Shown here piece after piece: positions 9,630 to 19,569 of a stretch of DNA of 64,000 nt. Every line of letters starts with the position of its first letter. Within the stretch, counting starts at the first letter, position 1. A program made the position numbers and the translations under genes. Source of the DNA: an uncultured Desulfosarcina sp. (GTDB lineage Bacteria; Desulfobacterota; Desulfobacteria; Desulfobacterales; Desulfosarcinaceae); the NCBI GenBank assembly GCA_963674945.2, contig CAXXWQ010000003.1, positions 544,001 to 608,000 of the forward strand, read 5' to 3'. The notes under the pieces are model-generated. The model was not told where the DNA came from. It made no database searches and worked only from the letters and a program-made list of their open reading frames with translations.

Positions 9630-11687
9630 TCAGTTGAGGAGGTTTTCAAACATTTTCTTTTCCGGTATGGCCCTGGATGTTTCGTCCAACAATTGTCTCA
9701 CCTTTTTGGAAAGCGTGAAGATGTTATAGGGCTTTTGGATAAACCCATTGCACCCTCTCTCGATGATCTTTTCCGCCTGTCCCCTGATGGCGTATCCGCT
9801 GGAGAGCAGGATCGGAAGAAGTGGACAGATCTCGCGGATCCGATCAAAAGTCCGCCCTCCATCCAGACCGGGCATGACCATATCCAAAATCACCAGATCG
9901 ATCTCTTCCCCCAGGCGATGAACCACCTCGATGGACGACTTTCCACTATTGGCGGAGATGACGCGATAACCGAGTTTTTCAAGCAGCGCCTTTCCCACGT
10001 CGATGACCATCTCTTCATCGTCAACCAACAGGATCGTCTCACAGCCCTTGGTGATTTCCATTTTTGACGTAAGATCCGTAACGGCACATTTGTTTGAAAC
10101 GGGAAGATAAATGGAAAAGGTCGTCCCATATCCGAGCTCACTGGTGACGATTATGAATCCGCCGTGGTTCTTGATGATCCCGTATGCGGAGGCAAGGCCC
10201 AATCCCGTGCCTCGCCCTTTTTTCTTGGTCGTGAAAAAGGGATCGAAAATATGCGGCAATGTCTTTTTATCCATACCGATGCCGTTGTCCGTAATCGTGA
10301 TCTGCGCGTAGCACCCCGGATTCACCTGATGGGACCTGCAAATTTTCTCGTCCAATTCGACAATCGCGGAGGCCAATCGTAAGACGCCCCCTTCAGGCAT
10401 GGCTTGCCAGGCATTGACGAACAGGTTCAAGAACACCTGTTCCATCTGCCTGCGGTCGGCGTCCACGACGATATCCGCATTCTCGAGTTGAGACTCGATG
10501 ATGATCTCCTTCTTCGTCCTGCCGAACATATTGGCGCTCTTTTCAAGCAGCCCGTTCATATCGGTGGGTTTGACTTCGAATTTTCCGCCGCGGGCAAACC
10601 CCAGCAGTTGTTGGGTAAGATATGCCGCACTGCGTACGTGTTCATCGATGGCTTGAAGGTGCTCCCAATGGGGATGGTCTTTCTCCAATTCCATGGACAT
10701 CAAGGTGGACCGCCCCTGGATGCCCGTCAGTAGATTGTTAAAGTCGTGTGCGATGCCCCCTGCCAGAGAGCCCAGGGACTTCATTCGTTCGGCGCTCTCC
10801 AATTGGGCCTGTATCCGCTTTCTTTCACTGATGTCCCGAATTACACCGTGGGTCCCGCGTCGTTTGTTTTCCCTGCTTTCGATACCGTCGCCGTAAGTCC
10901 CCATGGTTTTAAGTTCGACGGGCAAATAGGGATCGGAAACCTTGTATTTGAGCTTCGCCCCGTTTACCTTCAGACGCAGTTCGATACTCGATGAAAACCG
11001 TTCTTTGACGTTTCCCACGTTCAAGGACCGCTCGGCTCTTTCGAGATCCTCATCGTGGACGATATGCAAAAAGTGCTTTCCGATAAGTTCATGGCCGGAA
11101 AAACCCAGCATGCCTTCCACCGCTTCACTGACAAAAGTAAACCGCCCCTTCGTGTCCAGCGTATAGATGACATCCGGGCTGTTTTGTACCAAATCACGAT
11201 ATTTTTTTTCCGAGATCTGCAGCTTTTCGTTGATACTGTCTTTTTCCCGCTGCAACTTTTTTTGTTGGAGGGCGTTTTCGACGGTTTTGAGAAATTCTTC
11301 GAATTCGAATGGCTTGCGCAGGTAATCGTAAGCGCCACATTGCAAGGCGGCAAGGGCGGAGTCCAGGTTGGCGTCCGCGGTAATCAACACCACCATTGTT
11401 TCCGGGCAATGGCTGGAAACGTCCTTCAATATGTCGGTTCCCAGCATGTCCGGCAGATGGACATCCAGAATCACCAGATCGAATCTGTTTTTTTCCAGAA
11501 TCGCAAAGGCGTCCATCCCGCAATTTGCAGTCTGGATGTCATAGTTCTTTGCCGTAAGAAGATAGGCAAGACTCTCACACAACCGTTTTTCGTCATCAAC
11601 AATCAATATCTTCGGTGTTCGTCGCATCGCAAATTCCACCCATTTCCGGTTTGAAACAAAAGACGAAAGAAAAAACGCCTTGTTCAT
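9630..11687 (-). CDS. hybrid sensor kinase (REC-PAS-HisKA-HATPase-REC)
   Basis: AHDFNNLL H-box, FFTTK...GTGLGL, two receiver domains; real start may be 11627. Confidence 0.92.
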   Translation of the reverse strand: MNKAFFLSSFVSNRKWVEFAMRRTPKILIVDDEKRLCESLAYLLTAKNYDIQTANCGMDAFAILEKNRFDLVILDVHLPDMLGTDILKDVSSHCPETMVVLITADANLDSALAALQCGAYDYLRKPFEFEEFLKTVENALQQKKLQREKDSINEKLQISEKKYRDLVQNSPDVIYTLDTKGRFTFVSEAVEGMLGFSGHELIGKHFLHIVHDEDLERAERSLNVGNVKERFSSSIELRLKVNGAKLKYKVSDPYLPVELKTMGTYGDGIESRENKRRGTHGVIRDISERKRIQAQLESAERMKSLGSLAGGIAHDFNNLLTGIQGRSTLMSMELEKDHPHWEHLQAIDEHVRSAAYLTQQLLGFARGGKFEVKPTDMNGLLEKSANMFGRTKKEIIIESQLENADIVVDADRRQMEQVFLNLFVNAWQAMPEGGVLRLASAIVELDEKICRSHQVNPGCYAQITITDNGIGMDKKTLPHIFDPFFTTKKKGRGTGLGLASAYGIIKNHGGFIIVTSELGYGTTFSIYLPVSNKCAVTDLTSKMEITKGCETILLVDDEEMVIDVGKALLEKLGYRVISANSGKSSIEVVHRLGEEIDLVILDMVMPGLDGGRTFDRIREICPLLPILLSSGYAIRGQAEKIIERGCNGFIQKPYNIFTLSKKVRQLLDETSRAIPEKKMFENLLN

Positions 11688-11697
11688 CCACTGCCAT

Positions 11698-13869
11698 TTA
11701 CTTTACGGGCAACTCGATAATGAATGTCGTTCCACTGCCATCCTCGCTCTCACAGGTAATCTTCCCATGAAAGGTTTTAATGATGTTATAGACGATGGAA
11801 AGGCCCAATCCGGAATGCCCGTCCGCCTTGGAACTGACGTACGGATCAAACAACTTCTCCTTTATGTCATCCGGGATGCCGGGTCCATCGTCCTTTACTA
11901 TGACTTCGACATATCCGGTACGCCCTCGATTTTCGATCTGGGGCCTGCTGCCGATGGGCGAAGGGATACTGCGCGTCTGGATGGTCAGGTTTCCACCCGA
12001 CGCCATCGCTTCTGCCGCATTCTTCATGAGATTGATAAAGACCTGCTTTAGCCCTGCGTTTTCCGCAGCGACCTGGGGCAGGTCCGGCTGCAAGTCGGTA
12101 TGCAGTGTCACGTGGGAATGCCGGAGCAAGGAATCCCTTGTCAGTTTGACGATATCCGAAATCAGTTCGTTAACGTTCGTGCTTTCGTAATCCGAGGGCT
12201 TTTCCGAAGAAATGACGGTCAGCTTATTCAACAGCAGGGAAACACGGTTGATCTCTTCATTGATGATCTGCAGCTCTTCCTGGGCGATGTTTATGTCGGA
12301 CAGTTTTAACTGCAGGATTTTCAGGTAGTTTTTGATGATGCTCAAGGGGTTGTTGACTTCATGGACCACTCTTCTGGCCATGTCGGCCGATGCGTCGACC
12401 CGCTTTTCGCGAACATCTTGCAACTGGTCGCGTTTGAGTTGGTCCAATCGCAAGGCAAGAGCGCCCTTGTGGATAAAAATACGCAACAGTTTCCGGTTTT
12501 CCTCGATGTGCGGCAGGTCCCCTTTTCCAATGGACAGGACAAGGACGCCCACCATATCCTCATTCGTATGCATGGGAAGGCAATAGACGCCATCGCCCCC
12601 GGTAAGACGAATGATCTGCTCGTCCAAAATCGTCAGTCCGCTCTCTTCCGCTTGCTCGAAAGAGGAGACGAACTTTGTTTCGGCCAGTGACCGCACAAGA
12701 AGACTGTCACCTAAATCCATGGATATGGATAGGCTGGAAAGTCTGGAGAAACCACCCTCCTTGTTGCGGGAATAACCGAAAAGTGCCCGCTTTTTGCCAT
12801 CGAAAAGGAAAAACAGGAATCGGTCGAGGTCCAACAGGATTTTCAATCCATCCGACATAACGGATAGGATGTCGCTTCTGCTTCCGGCGGCCAGGAACCC
12901 TTCGAGTGATCCCACGAGCAAGGAGACGTTCTGAACATCTTGAACGAGGTTGTCCCGAATTTTTCGGTCTTTTTCATCAGACGTTTCATCGGCGTGCGGT
13001 ACGCTGGCCGGAGTGTCGCTCTGAATATCGATGCCCAGGGCATCGGCCACCTCTTTTCCCTCCGCGACGATCTTGTCGATAAAAACCCGGCACGCTTGCT
13101 CACCCAACCCCAGGATCTTGTGGGCGAGTTTGAATCCTTCCGCCACTGTCTCTTCGTCATCATGACAGAGCAAATTCGAGACATGGACAACTTGGGTCGT
13201 GGGAAGGGCTTGGGCGATTCGGGCGGCGGGTTCATGGTGATACCGCACCGAATCGGCGACCACCGTATAAAATTTCCATCGGTTGAGAAGCCAGGCCCCC
13301 ACTTCGCTGTGGGTCGCTCCCAAGCGCGCTTCTCCCGTGACGAGGCAGGACCGGTCGCCTTGACACTCGTTAAAAAGCGCCTCGTAGTCCATACCGCAAT
13401 GGGACCACAACACCAATTTGCCGATGTCGTGCAGCAGCCCCGAAATGAAAGCGTCATCGGTCTGATCGATTTTCAGCTCATTGGCGATATGCTGGGACAA
13501 GATGGCACACCGGATGGAATGCCACCAAAATGCTTTCAACGGAAATCGGCCCGCTTTTTTCGGTTTGGGAAAGGCCTCGTAGACACAGGCACAGATGGCC
13601 ATGTTTTTTAGGCCGCTGGTGCCGATCAGGGCGACGGCCTGCTGGATCTCCCGGACCTTTTGACGCAGTCCGAAATAAGCCGAATTGACGAGTTTCAACA
13701 GCTTGGCACAAAGGGCGGGATCCTTGCCGACGATGGCGGCGATCTCATCAAAATTAATGTTCTCCTTGCCGCAGGCATCGAAGAGACGGAGCAGTATATG
13801 CGGAAGCGTAGGCAGGTTATGCAGACGAGACAGTCGATCAAAAAAAGGATTCTGCGCTTTCATTATCAC
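11698..13869 (-). CDS. HDOD-GAF-histidine kinase
   Basis: LPTLP, DPAL..KLLKLVNSAYF, GLLHDIGK; HEVNNPL; GLGLSI. Confidence 0.9.
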   Translation of the reverse strand: MIMKAQNPFFDRLSRLHNLPTLPHILLRLFDACGKENINFDEIAAIVGKDPALCAKLLKLVNSAYFGLRQKVREIQQAVALIGTSGLKNMAICACVYEAFPKPKKAGRFPLKAFWWHSIRCAILSQHIANELKIDQTDDAFISGLLHDIGKLVLWSHCGMDYEALFNECQGDRSCLVTGEARLGATHSEVGAWLLNRWKFYTVVADSVRYHHEPAARIAQALPTTQVVHVSNLLCHDDEETVAEGFKLAHKILGLGEQACRVFIDKIVAEGKEVADALGIDIQSDTPASVPHADETSDEKDRKIRDNLVQDVQNVSLLVGSLEGFLAAGSRSDILSVMSDGLKILLDLDRFLFFLFDGKKRALFGYSRNKEGGFSRLSSLSISMDLGDSLLVRSLAETKFVSSFEQAEESGLTILDEQIIRLTGGDGVYCLPMHTNEDMVGVLVLSIGKGDLPHIEENRKLLRIFIHKGALALRLDQLKRDQLQDVREKRVDASADMARRVVHEVNNPLSIIKNYLKILQLKLSDINIAQEELQIINEEINRVSLLLNKLTVISSEKPSDYESTNVNELISDIVKLTRDSLLRHSHVTLHTDLQPDLPQVAAENAGLKQVFINLMKNAAEAMASGGNLTIQTRSIPSPIGSRPQIENRGRTGYVEVIVKDDGPGIPDDIKEKLFDPYVSSKADGHSGLGLSIVYNIIKTFHGKITCESEDGSGTTFIIELPVK

Positions 13870-14089
13870 CGGCCTTCTATAACAGAAGAATTCCCCAACA
13901 AAATACGTTCACGGTCAATCAGCACATCAATACGTAACGCTGTTCACCCTTTTTCATTTAAAAAATAACGTGTTATCTTTTTTTGTATTGCCGAGCGAAC
14001 AGAATCATGGAAGAGAGCCGATGCCACCTGGATCTCATCCGGTTTCTCCCACAATAGACTGTATCGGTCCTGTTCGTTTAGGCTTTACA

Positions 14090-14380
14090 TTATTTTTTTA
14101 TTTCGTTCCTTTCGTATAAGTCATCCAGCACCTTCTTCAGGTAACTGCCCTTTTTCTTCAGAAGCTTGGACCCACGGGTAATCTTGCACAGACTGATCTT
14201 TCGATCGGTGGCGATTTTTCGCTGGGTCTTTCCTTCGTACAGGTCCTTTAGCAATTGCCATCGCAAAGTGAGTGTGTCGATCTCTTTGGGGGTGAAAATC
14301 TCCTGAAACAACAGGACCATGGATTTTCGATCGTTGGTTTGCACAAAAATATCGATGAGTTCTTCTGTTATCGGATTCAT
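14090..14380 (-). CDS. trpR: Trp repressor-family regulator
   Basis: FTPKEI..L.LRW, TQRKIA...ISLCKITRGS helix-turn-helix typical of TrpR/YerC. Confidence 0.8.
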   Translation of the reverse strand: MNPITEELIDIFVQTNDRKSMVLLFQEIFTPKEIDTLTLRWQLLKDLYEGKTQRKIATDRKISLCKITRGSKLLKKKGSYLKKVLDDLYERNEIKK

Positions 14381-14674
14381 GGAGCAACCTTTGGGTCCGG
14401 CCTGCCGAAACCAGTGGGGAAGAACATCGGATGACGACGATGGACATCGTGTGCAGGCCCTTTGTCTTCCTCTCACGAACGGTTTACAATTGCCGCCTCC
14501 CATCGTTGGGATTGCAATTTTACTGTTTTTTTGGGATGCATGGTTTCCACATACGCTGACCGGCCCGGGCCGACACCCCCGTTTCCGGTTGCGTTGTGGA
14601 TGAAATTTCTTTCAGATTTCAATTATATAAGTTAAAACATAGAAGAAATCTCGTTGAAAAGAAAGGAAAAAGTG

Positions 14675-15664
14675 ATGAAAATCCGAATCGGCACCCTGAC
14701 CGGCCTCATGCTAATTGTTGCCATGTTCTTCGTTTCGACAACCGCGGCGTCGGATGCCCTCCTCATCGGCATCTCGAAAATCGTCTCCCACCCGGCATTG
14801 GATGCCGTGGAGCGGGGAATCCAGGAAGAGGTCAAGGACAAGTATCCCGACGCACGATTCGACGCACAGAACGCAAACGGGGAAATGTCCACCGCCTCCT
14901 CCATCGCACAGAAGTTCAAATCGGAAGATGTTACCCTGGCGGTGGGGATCGCGACGCCCACCGCCCAGGCACTGTTCAATACCATCAAGGACCGCCCCGT
15001 GATTTTCAGTGCCGTTACCGATCCGGTGGCCGCGGGGTTGGTCGCATCGACGGACAAGGGGGAAACATTCATCACCGGCATCTCGGACATGACCCCGGTC
15101 AGGGCGCAGATCGAACTGCTCAACCGGATCAAGCCCATCAAGACCTTGGGGCATGTTTACGCCAGCAGCGAGGCCAATGCCGTGAGTCTTGCCGCCATCG
15201 CCCGGGACGTATGCAAACAGATGGGCATCAAATTCGTCGAAACCACCGTCTCCAACTCGGCGGAAGTAAAACAGGCCGTTCAGACCCTCGCCGGTCGGGT
15301 GGACGGCATCTATATCTCCAACGACAACACCGTGGTATCGGCCCTGGCCGCCGTATCCAGTGTGGCCGGAAAGCACAACATCCCGGTCATGTCCGCCGAC
15401 CCCAGCAGCGCCGAATCCACGCCCGTCCTGGCGGCCTGGGGCTTCGACTACTACAAGATGGGCAAGGCCACCGGCCGGTTGGTGAATCGTATTCTCGCCG
15501 GAGAAAAGCCCGCGGCCATTCCCACCATTTACATGACCGATGCATCGGATGTGGATCTTTTGATCAACCTGGATGTGGCCGAGGAACTGGGATTGACGAT
15601 TCCGGCGGACATTCTGGACAAGGCCAACACCATCATCAAAGGTGGCAAATTAACGAAACGATAG
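14675..15664 (+). CDS. ABC substrate-binding protein (putative Trp/Tyr, TrpX-like)
   Basis: signal peptide; HPALD, IATPTAQA, FSAVTDPV motifs. Confidence 0.85.
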   Translation: MKIRIGTLTGLMLIVAMFFVSTTAASDALLIGISKIVSHPALDAVERGIQEEVKDKYPDARFDAQNANGEMSTASSIAQKFKSEDVTLAVGIATPTAQALFNTIKDRPVIFSAVTDPVAAGLVASTDKGETFITGISDMTPVRAQIELLNRIKPIKTLGHVYASSEANAVSLAAIARDVCKQMGIKFVETTVSNSAEVKQAVQTLAGRVDGIYISNDNTVVSALAAVSSVAGKHNIPVMSADPSSAESTPVLAAWGFDYYKMGKATGRLVNRILAGEKPAAIPTIYMTDASDVDLLINLDVAEELGLTIPADILDKANTIIKGGKLTKR

Positions 15665-15686
15665 TACAAAACAGGGAATTCCCAGA

Positions 15687-16583
15687 ATGCTCGAAGGAAT
15701 CTTTGTCGAAGGTCTCATCTACGCCATCATGGCATTGGGCGTATTCTTCACCTTCCGCATACTCGATTTTCCGGACCTGACCGTGGACGGCAGTTTTCCC
15801 ATGGGAGCCGTCATCATGGCCGCGACCTTGACCGGCGGGATGAATCCTGCGGCAGGATTGTTGCTGGCCTTTGCAGGAGGTGTTGCGGCCGGCTGCGTGA
15901 CGGCGGCCATTCACAACCGGCTCAAGGTTCCTCACCTATTGGCCGGTATTCTCACCATGACCATGCTCTATTCCGTCAACATCCGGATACTGGACAACCG
16001 GGCCAACCTTCCTCTCATGCGCGTCGATACCGTGGTCACCCAGGTGACCGCGGCCGCCAACGGAACCCTTCCCAGCGAATGGGCCCTTTTGCTCTTCTTC
16101 GCGGCGGTGGTGCTGGTCATCAAGTTCGCTCTGGATCTTTTCTTTCATACGGACATGGGGCTGGTGTTCGGCGCCCTTGGCAACAACGAACAGATGGTCC
16201 GGGTCCAGGGCGTCAACCCGGCCACGCTCAAACTCATCGGCGTGGGGTTGTCCAATGGGCTGGTGGCCCTGTCCGGCGCCTTCGCCGCCCAGTATCAGGG
16301 ATTTGCCGACGTGAACCTGGGACAGGGAATCGTGGTTTCCGGACTGGCGTCGGTGATGCTCGGCGAGTTTCTCATCAAGTCCAACCGCATCGGTATGCTC
16401 ACCTTGCGCGTGATCCTCGGTACGATTCTCTTCAAAGCCATCATGTATCTGGGCCGTTTTTACGGGTATACCATCAACATGACCCCCAACGATCTGAAAC
16501 TTATCGCCGGGGTTCTCATCATCGCCTCGCTGGCCGTGACCAACTACCGCCGGATCCGCGGCAAGGAGCAGACCGACTCGTGA
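15687..16583 (+). CDS. ABC transporter permease
   Basis: FRILDFPDLTVDGSF, LLAGIL; hydrophobic. Confidence 0.88.
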   Translation: MLEGIFVEGLIYAIMALGVFFTFRILDFPDLTVDGSFPMGAVIMAATLTGGMNPAAGLLLAFAGGVAAGCVTAAIHNRLKVPHLLAGILTMTMLYSVNIRILDNRANLPLMRVDTVVTQVTAAANGTLPSEWALLLFFAAVVLVIKFALDLFFHTDMGLVFGALGNNEQMVRVQGVNPATLKLIGVGLSNGLVALSGAFAAQYQGFADVNLGQGIVVSGLASVMLGEFLIKSNRIGMLTLRVILGTILFKAIMYLGRFYGYTINMTPNDLKLIAGVLIIASLAVTNYRRIRGKEQTDS

Positions 16584-17395
16584 TTCGACTGGAAGATGTC
16601 AACTGTACGTTTCACGCCGGCACACCCAATGCCAAGACGGTGATCCGGGATATCAACCTATCTGTGTCGCCCGGCGAATTCGTCACCATCATCGGCAGCA
16701 ACGGTGCCGGCAAGACCACACTCTTCAATCTGATCGCCGGCAGCCTCTACCCGACATCCGGCAGAATTTTCTTCAAAGAAAAAAATGTCACCGCAACACC
16801 CGAGTACAAGCGGGCCAAAACGGTCGGAAGGATCTTTCAAGACCCTTTGGTGGGTACCGCCTCCAACATGACGTTGGCGGACAACATGATGATTACCTGT
16901 ACAAAGGGCTTCAAATGGCCCGTCATCCACCTCAACCGAAAAATGCGTGCACGCTTTCGCGAGCAGCTGGTGCACTTGAAGATGGGCCTGGAATCGCGGA
17001 TGAAGGAAAACGTCAACACCCTTTCCGGCGGACAGCGCCAGGCATTGACCCTTCTGATGATGGTAATGTCAAGGCCGGACATCGCCCTTCTGGATGAACA
17101 CACCGCGGCCCTTGACCCCCAGAACGCCGCCATCGTCATGGACCTGACCACCCGGTTTGTGAAAACCCATCGGTTGACCACGCTGATGATCACCCATAAC
17201 ATGAACCATGCCATCGAATACGGCAGCCGACTGCTCATGATGGACGCCGGCGAGGTGATCATCGACGTCTCCGGCGCCGAAAAAACCAAGCTCACCGTTC
17301 CCAGACTGCTGGAGATGTTTTCCCATATCCGGCGCAAGGATTTCGAAAACGACGAGGTGCTGTTGTCCGCCGGGCCAAAAGCCCCACTACCATAA
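16580..17395 (+). CDS. ABC transporter ATP-binding protein
   Basis: GSNGAGKT, LSGGQRQ, LLDEH; GTG start overlapping the permease TGA. Confidence 0.9.
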   Translation: MIRLEDVNCTFHAGTPNAKTVIRDINLSVSPGEFVTIIGSNGAGKTTLFNLIAGSLYPTSGRIFFKEKNVTATPEYKRAKTVGRIFQDPLVGTASNMTLADNMMITCTKGFKWPVIHLNRKMRARFREQLVHLKMGLESRMKENVNTLSGGQRQALTLLMMVMSRPDIALLDEHTAALDPQNAAIVMDLTTRFVKTHRLTTLMITHNMNHAIEYGSRLLMMDAGEVIIDVSGAEKTKLTVPRLLEMFSHIRRKDFENDEVLLSAGPKAPLP

Positions 17396-17408
17396 TTCAG
17401 GAGTGCAC

Positions 17409-18098
17409 ATGCGCGCCCACTACCTGCAACATGTCCCCTTCGAGGGGCTGGGAAGTATCGAACCGTGGCTCGTGTCCGCCGGATACGAAATCACCTGTAC
17501 CCGACTTTTCAACGAAGAGGCCCTTCCCGCCATCCATGGGATCGACTTTCTCGTGGTGATGGGAGGGCCCATGAGCGTCAACGACGAGCACCTGTTTCCA
17601 TGGCTGCCGGCGGAAAAACAGTTCATTTACAGCGCAATGGATCGCGACCTGCCGGTGCTGGGCATCTGCCTGGGCGCCCAGCTTATCGCCAGTGCCGTGG
17701 GCAGTGCGGTATTTCCCAATACGGTCAAGGAGATCGGCTGGTATCCCATCCAAAAAACGGTGCCTGACGGAAAAGGGGTATTCGAATTTCCGCCATCGGT
17801 GGAGGTATTTCACTGGCACGGCGAGACCTTCGACCTGCCTCCGGGTGCCTGCCTGCTGGCCAGCAGCGAGGGCTGCGAGAATCAGGCGTTTCAGATGGGA
17901 CAAAGGGTGTTGGGCCTGCAGTTTCACCTGGAGACCACCCCCGCCTCGGCACGGGAGATCGTGACCCACTGCCGGGATGAACTGGTGCCATCCACAACCG
18001 TGCAGTCCGAATCGCAGATCCTGGCCGCAGCGCCGGAAAAGTATGAGATCATCAACGGGCTGATGGCGGATGTGCTCCGTTTCGTCACCCGGCCGTGA
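17409..18098 (+). CDS. type 1 glutamine amidotransferase (GMP-synthase-like)
   Basis: MGGPMS, LGICLGAQ, QFHLE. Confidence 0.88.
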   Translation: MRAHYLQHVPFEGLGSIEPWLVSAGYEITCTRLFNEEALPAIHGIDFLVVMGGPMSVNDEHLFPWLPAEKQFIYSAMDRDLPVLGICLGAQLIASAVGSAVFPNTVKEIGWYPIQKTVPDGKGVFEFPPSVEVFHWHGETFDLPPGACLLASSEGCENQAFQMGQRVLGLQFHLETTPASAREIVTHCRDELVPSTTVQSESQILAAAPEKYEIINGLMADVLRFVTRP

Positions 18099-18156
18099 TG
18101 TTCCGATAGCCGGTTCATGGCCCGCACAAGGGCCCCTTCCGGCGATGGAAACGCGC

Positions 18157-18996
18157 CTACAGCTTCAACAGCCGCCCGGCATTCTCGCCGCAGACCAGCT
18201 TCTTATCGGCATCTTTCAGACCGGCGGCATCCATCTCCTTGAAGTAGCGCTCCGGTTTGAGCAAAGGGTAGTCCGTGCCAAGCAGCACCTTTTCCAACCC
18301 GACCAGGTCCTTGGCATAGGAATAGATCCGATGGTCATACAGAAACGGTGATGCGGCGGTATCATAATAGACATTGGCCAGGGTCTCCCGCACCGCTTTT
18401 TTCAGCAGGTTGTAAAAGAATATACCGCCCCCCCAGTGTGCCAGCACGATGGTGTTGTCCGGAAACCGCTGGATGGTCTCGTAGATCTGCAGCATGGTGT
18501 TGGGGGTTTTTCCCGGATAGAGGTGCCCCACCTCTTCGTTGGTATGAAGCAGCACCGGCACGTTCCGCTGCCGGCACATGGCCATGATGGGATCGAGGCT
18601 CAACTGACACTGGCCATCGATACCGCACCCGTAGAAGGCCAGTTCCCCCACGCCGCTCAACCCGGCATCGAGGCATCGCTCGACCTCTCGGTCCGCATCC
18701 GGATCGAGGCTGTCCACGCAGCAAAGCCCTCGAAGACGTTCGGGATACCGACTCACCGCATCGAGGACGTAGTCGTTGTTGCGGCGACAGGTTTCGGGAT
18801 CATGCCAGGGAAACCCGAACACAACGGAAACGTCCACTTCCTGTTCGTCCATCGTGCGGACGATATCCGACGCAGAGACGAGTCTGGAACGGGGTGATTC
18901 GTATAGCAGCTTAAATTCCGGTTCATTATCGAAAAACCGTTCCCGGTGGTCACGAATTTCTGCAGGAAAGGTATGAACGTGAAAATCGACGATCAT
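18157..18996 (-). CDS. amidohydrolase-2 family protein
   Basis: DFHVH, GVGEL, LAHWGG, GTDYP. Confidence 0.88.
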   Translation of the reverse strand: MIVDFHVHTFPAEIRDHRERFFDNEPEFKLLYESPRSRLVSASDIVRTMDEQEVDVSVVFGFPWHDPETCRRNNDYVLDAVSRYPERLRGLCCVDSLDPDADREVERCLDAGLSGVGELAFYGCGIDGQCQLSLDPIMAMCRQRNVPVLLHTNEEVGHLYPGKTPNTMLQIYETIQRFPDNTIVLAHWGGGIFFYNLLKKAVRETLANVYYDTAASPFLYDHRIYSYAKDLVGLEKVLLGTDYPLLKPERYFKEMDAAGLKDADKKLVCGENAGRLLKL

Positions 18997-19021
18997 GGTG
19001 CGCTCCTTTTCCTAATTTGAA

Positions 19022-19058
19022 ACATCCATCCAAAAAATAGCATTTCTGGATGGGTACT
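19022..19058. repeat. minimal copy of the TIR pair of the 43190-43363 element
   Basis: right arm TTTCTGGATGGGTACT matches the TIR AGTGCCCATCCAGAAA at 15/16. Confidence 0.55.
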
Positions 19059-19198
19059 TGACTAACGGTTTTTTTCTTATACAATACGGCACACGCATGC
19101 AATATCCAATCTCCCGAATCAATCCGTTCGCAGCGGAAGAGAGCCTTGGAATCCGGGAAAACCGAGGTCACAGACGAAAAAAGTCATTCGATAATTCC

Positions 19199-19513
19199 AT
19201 GTTTTTAATCGCCGGTGTGCAACCCAAAACCAAACAATTGGATGAAGTTCCCCGACGCTGCCCGAACTGCGGATTGAATCAGGCATATACCACCCGGGTG
19301 GATCACTATGTAAGCCTCTTTTTCATTCCGCTGATCAGAGTCAAGCAGGGAGAACCATTTTTGCTCTGCCGGCATTGCCAAGGGCCGGTCAATGAAATCC
19401 GAACCGATGCCTCCAAGGATTCGGACATTTCGTCCACCGTCGTGTGCGCAGCCTGCAAAAGGGAATTTGACAAAGCGTTCAACTATTGTCCCCATTGCGG
19501 GCAGCGGGCATAG
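19199..19513 (+). CDS. zinc-ribbon domain protein
   Basis: CPNCG, SLFFIPL, CRHC, CAAC, CPHCG. Confidence 0.8.
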   Translation: MFLIAGVQPKTKQLDEVPRRCPNCGLNQAYTTRVDHYVSLFFIPLIRVKQGEPFLLCRHCQGPVNEIRTDASKDSDISSTVVCAACKREFDKAFNYCPHCGQRA

Positions 19514-19569
19514 GGACTCCGACGCATCGCGACGTGCCGTTTGAATCAAAATGTAAGGTCGAGATACCC

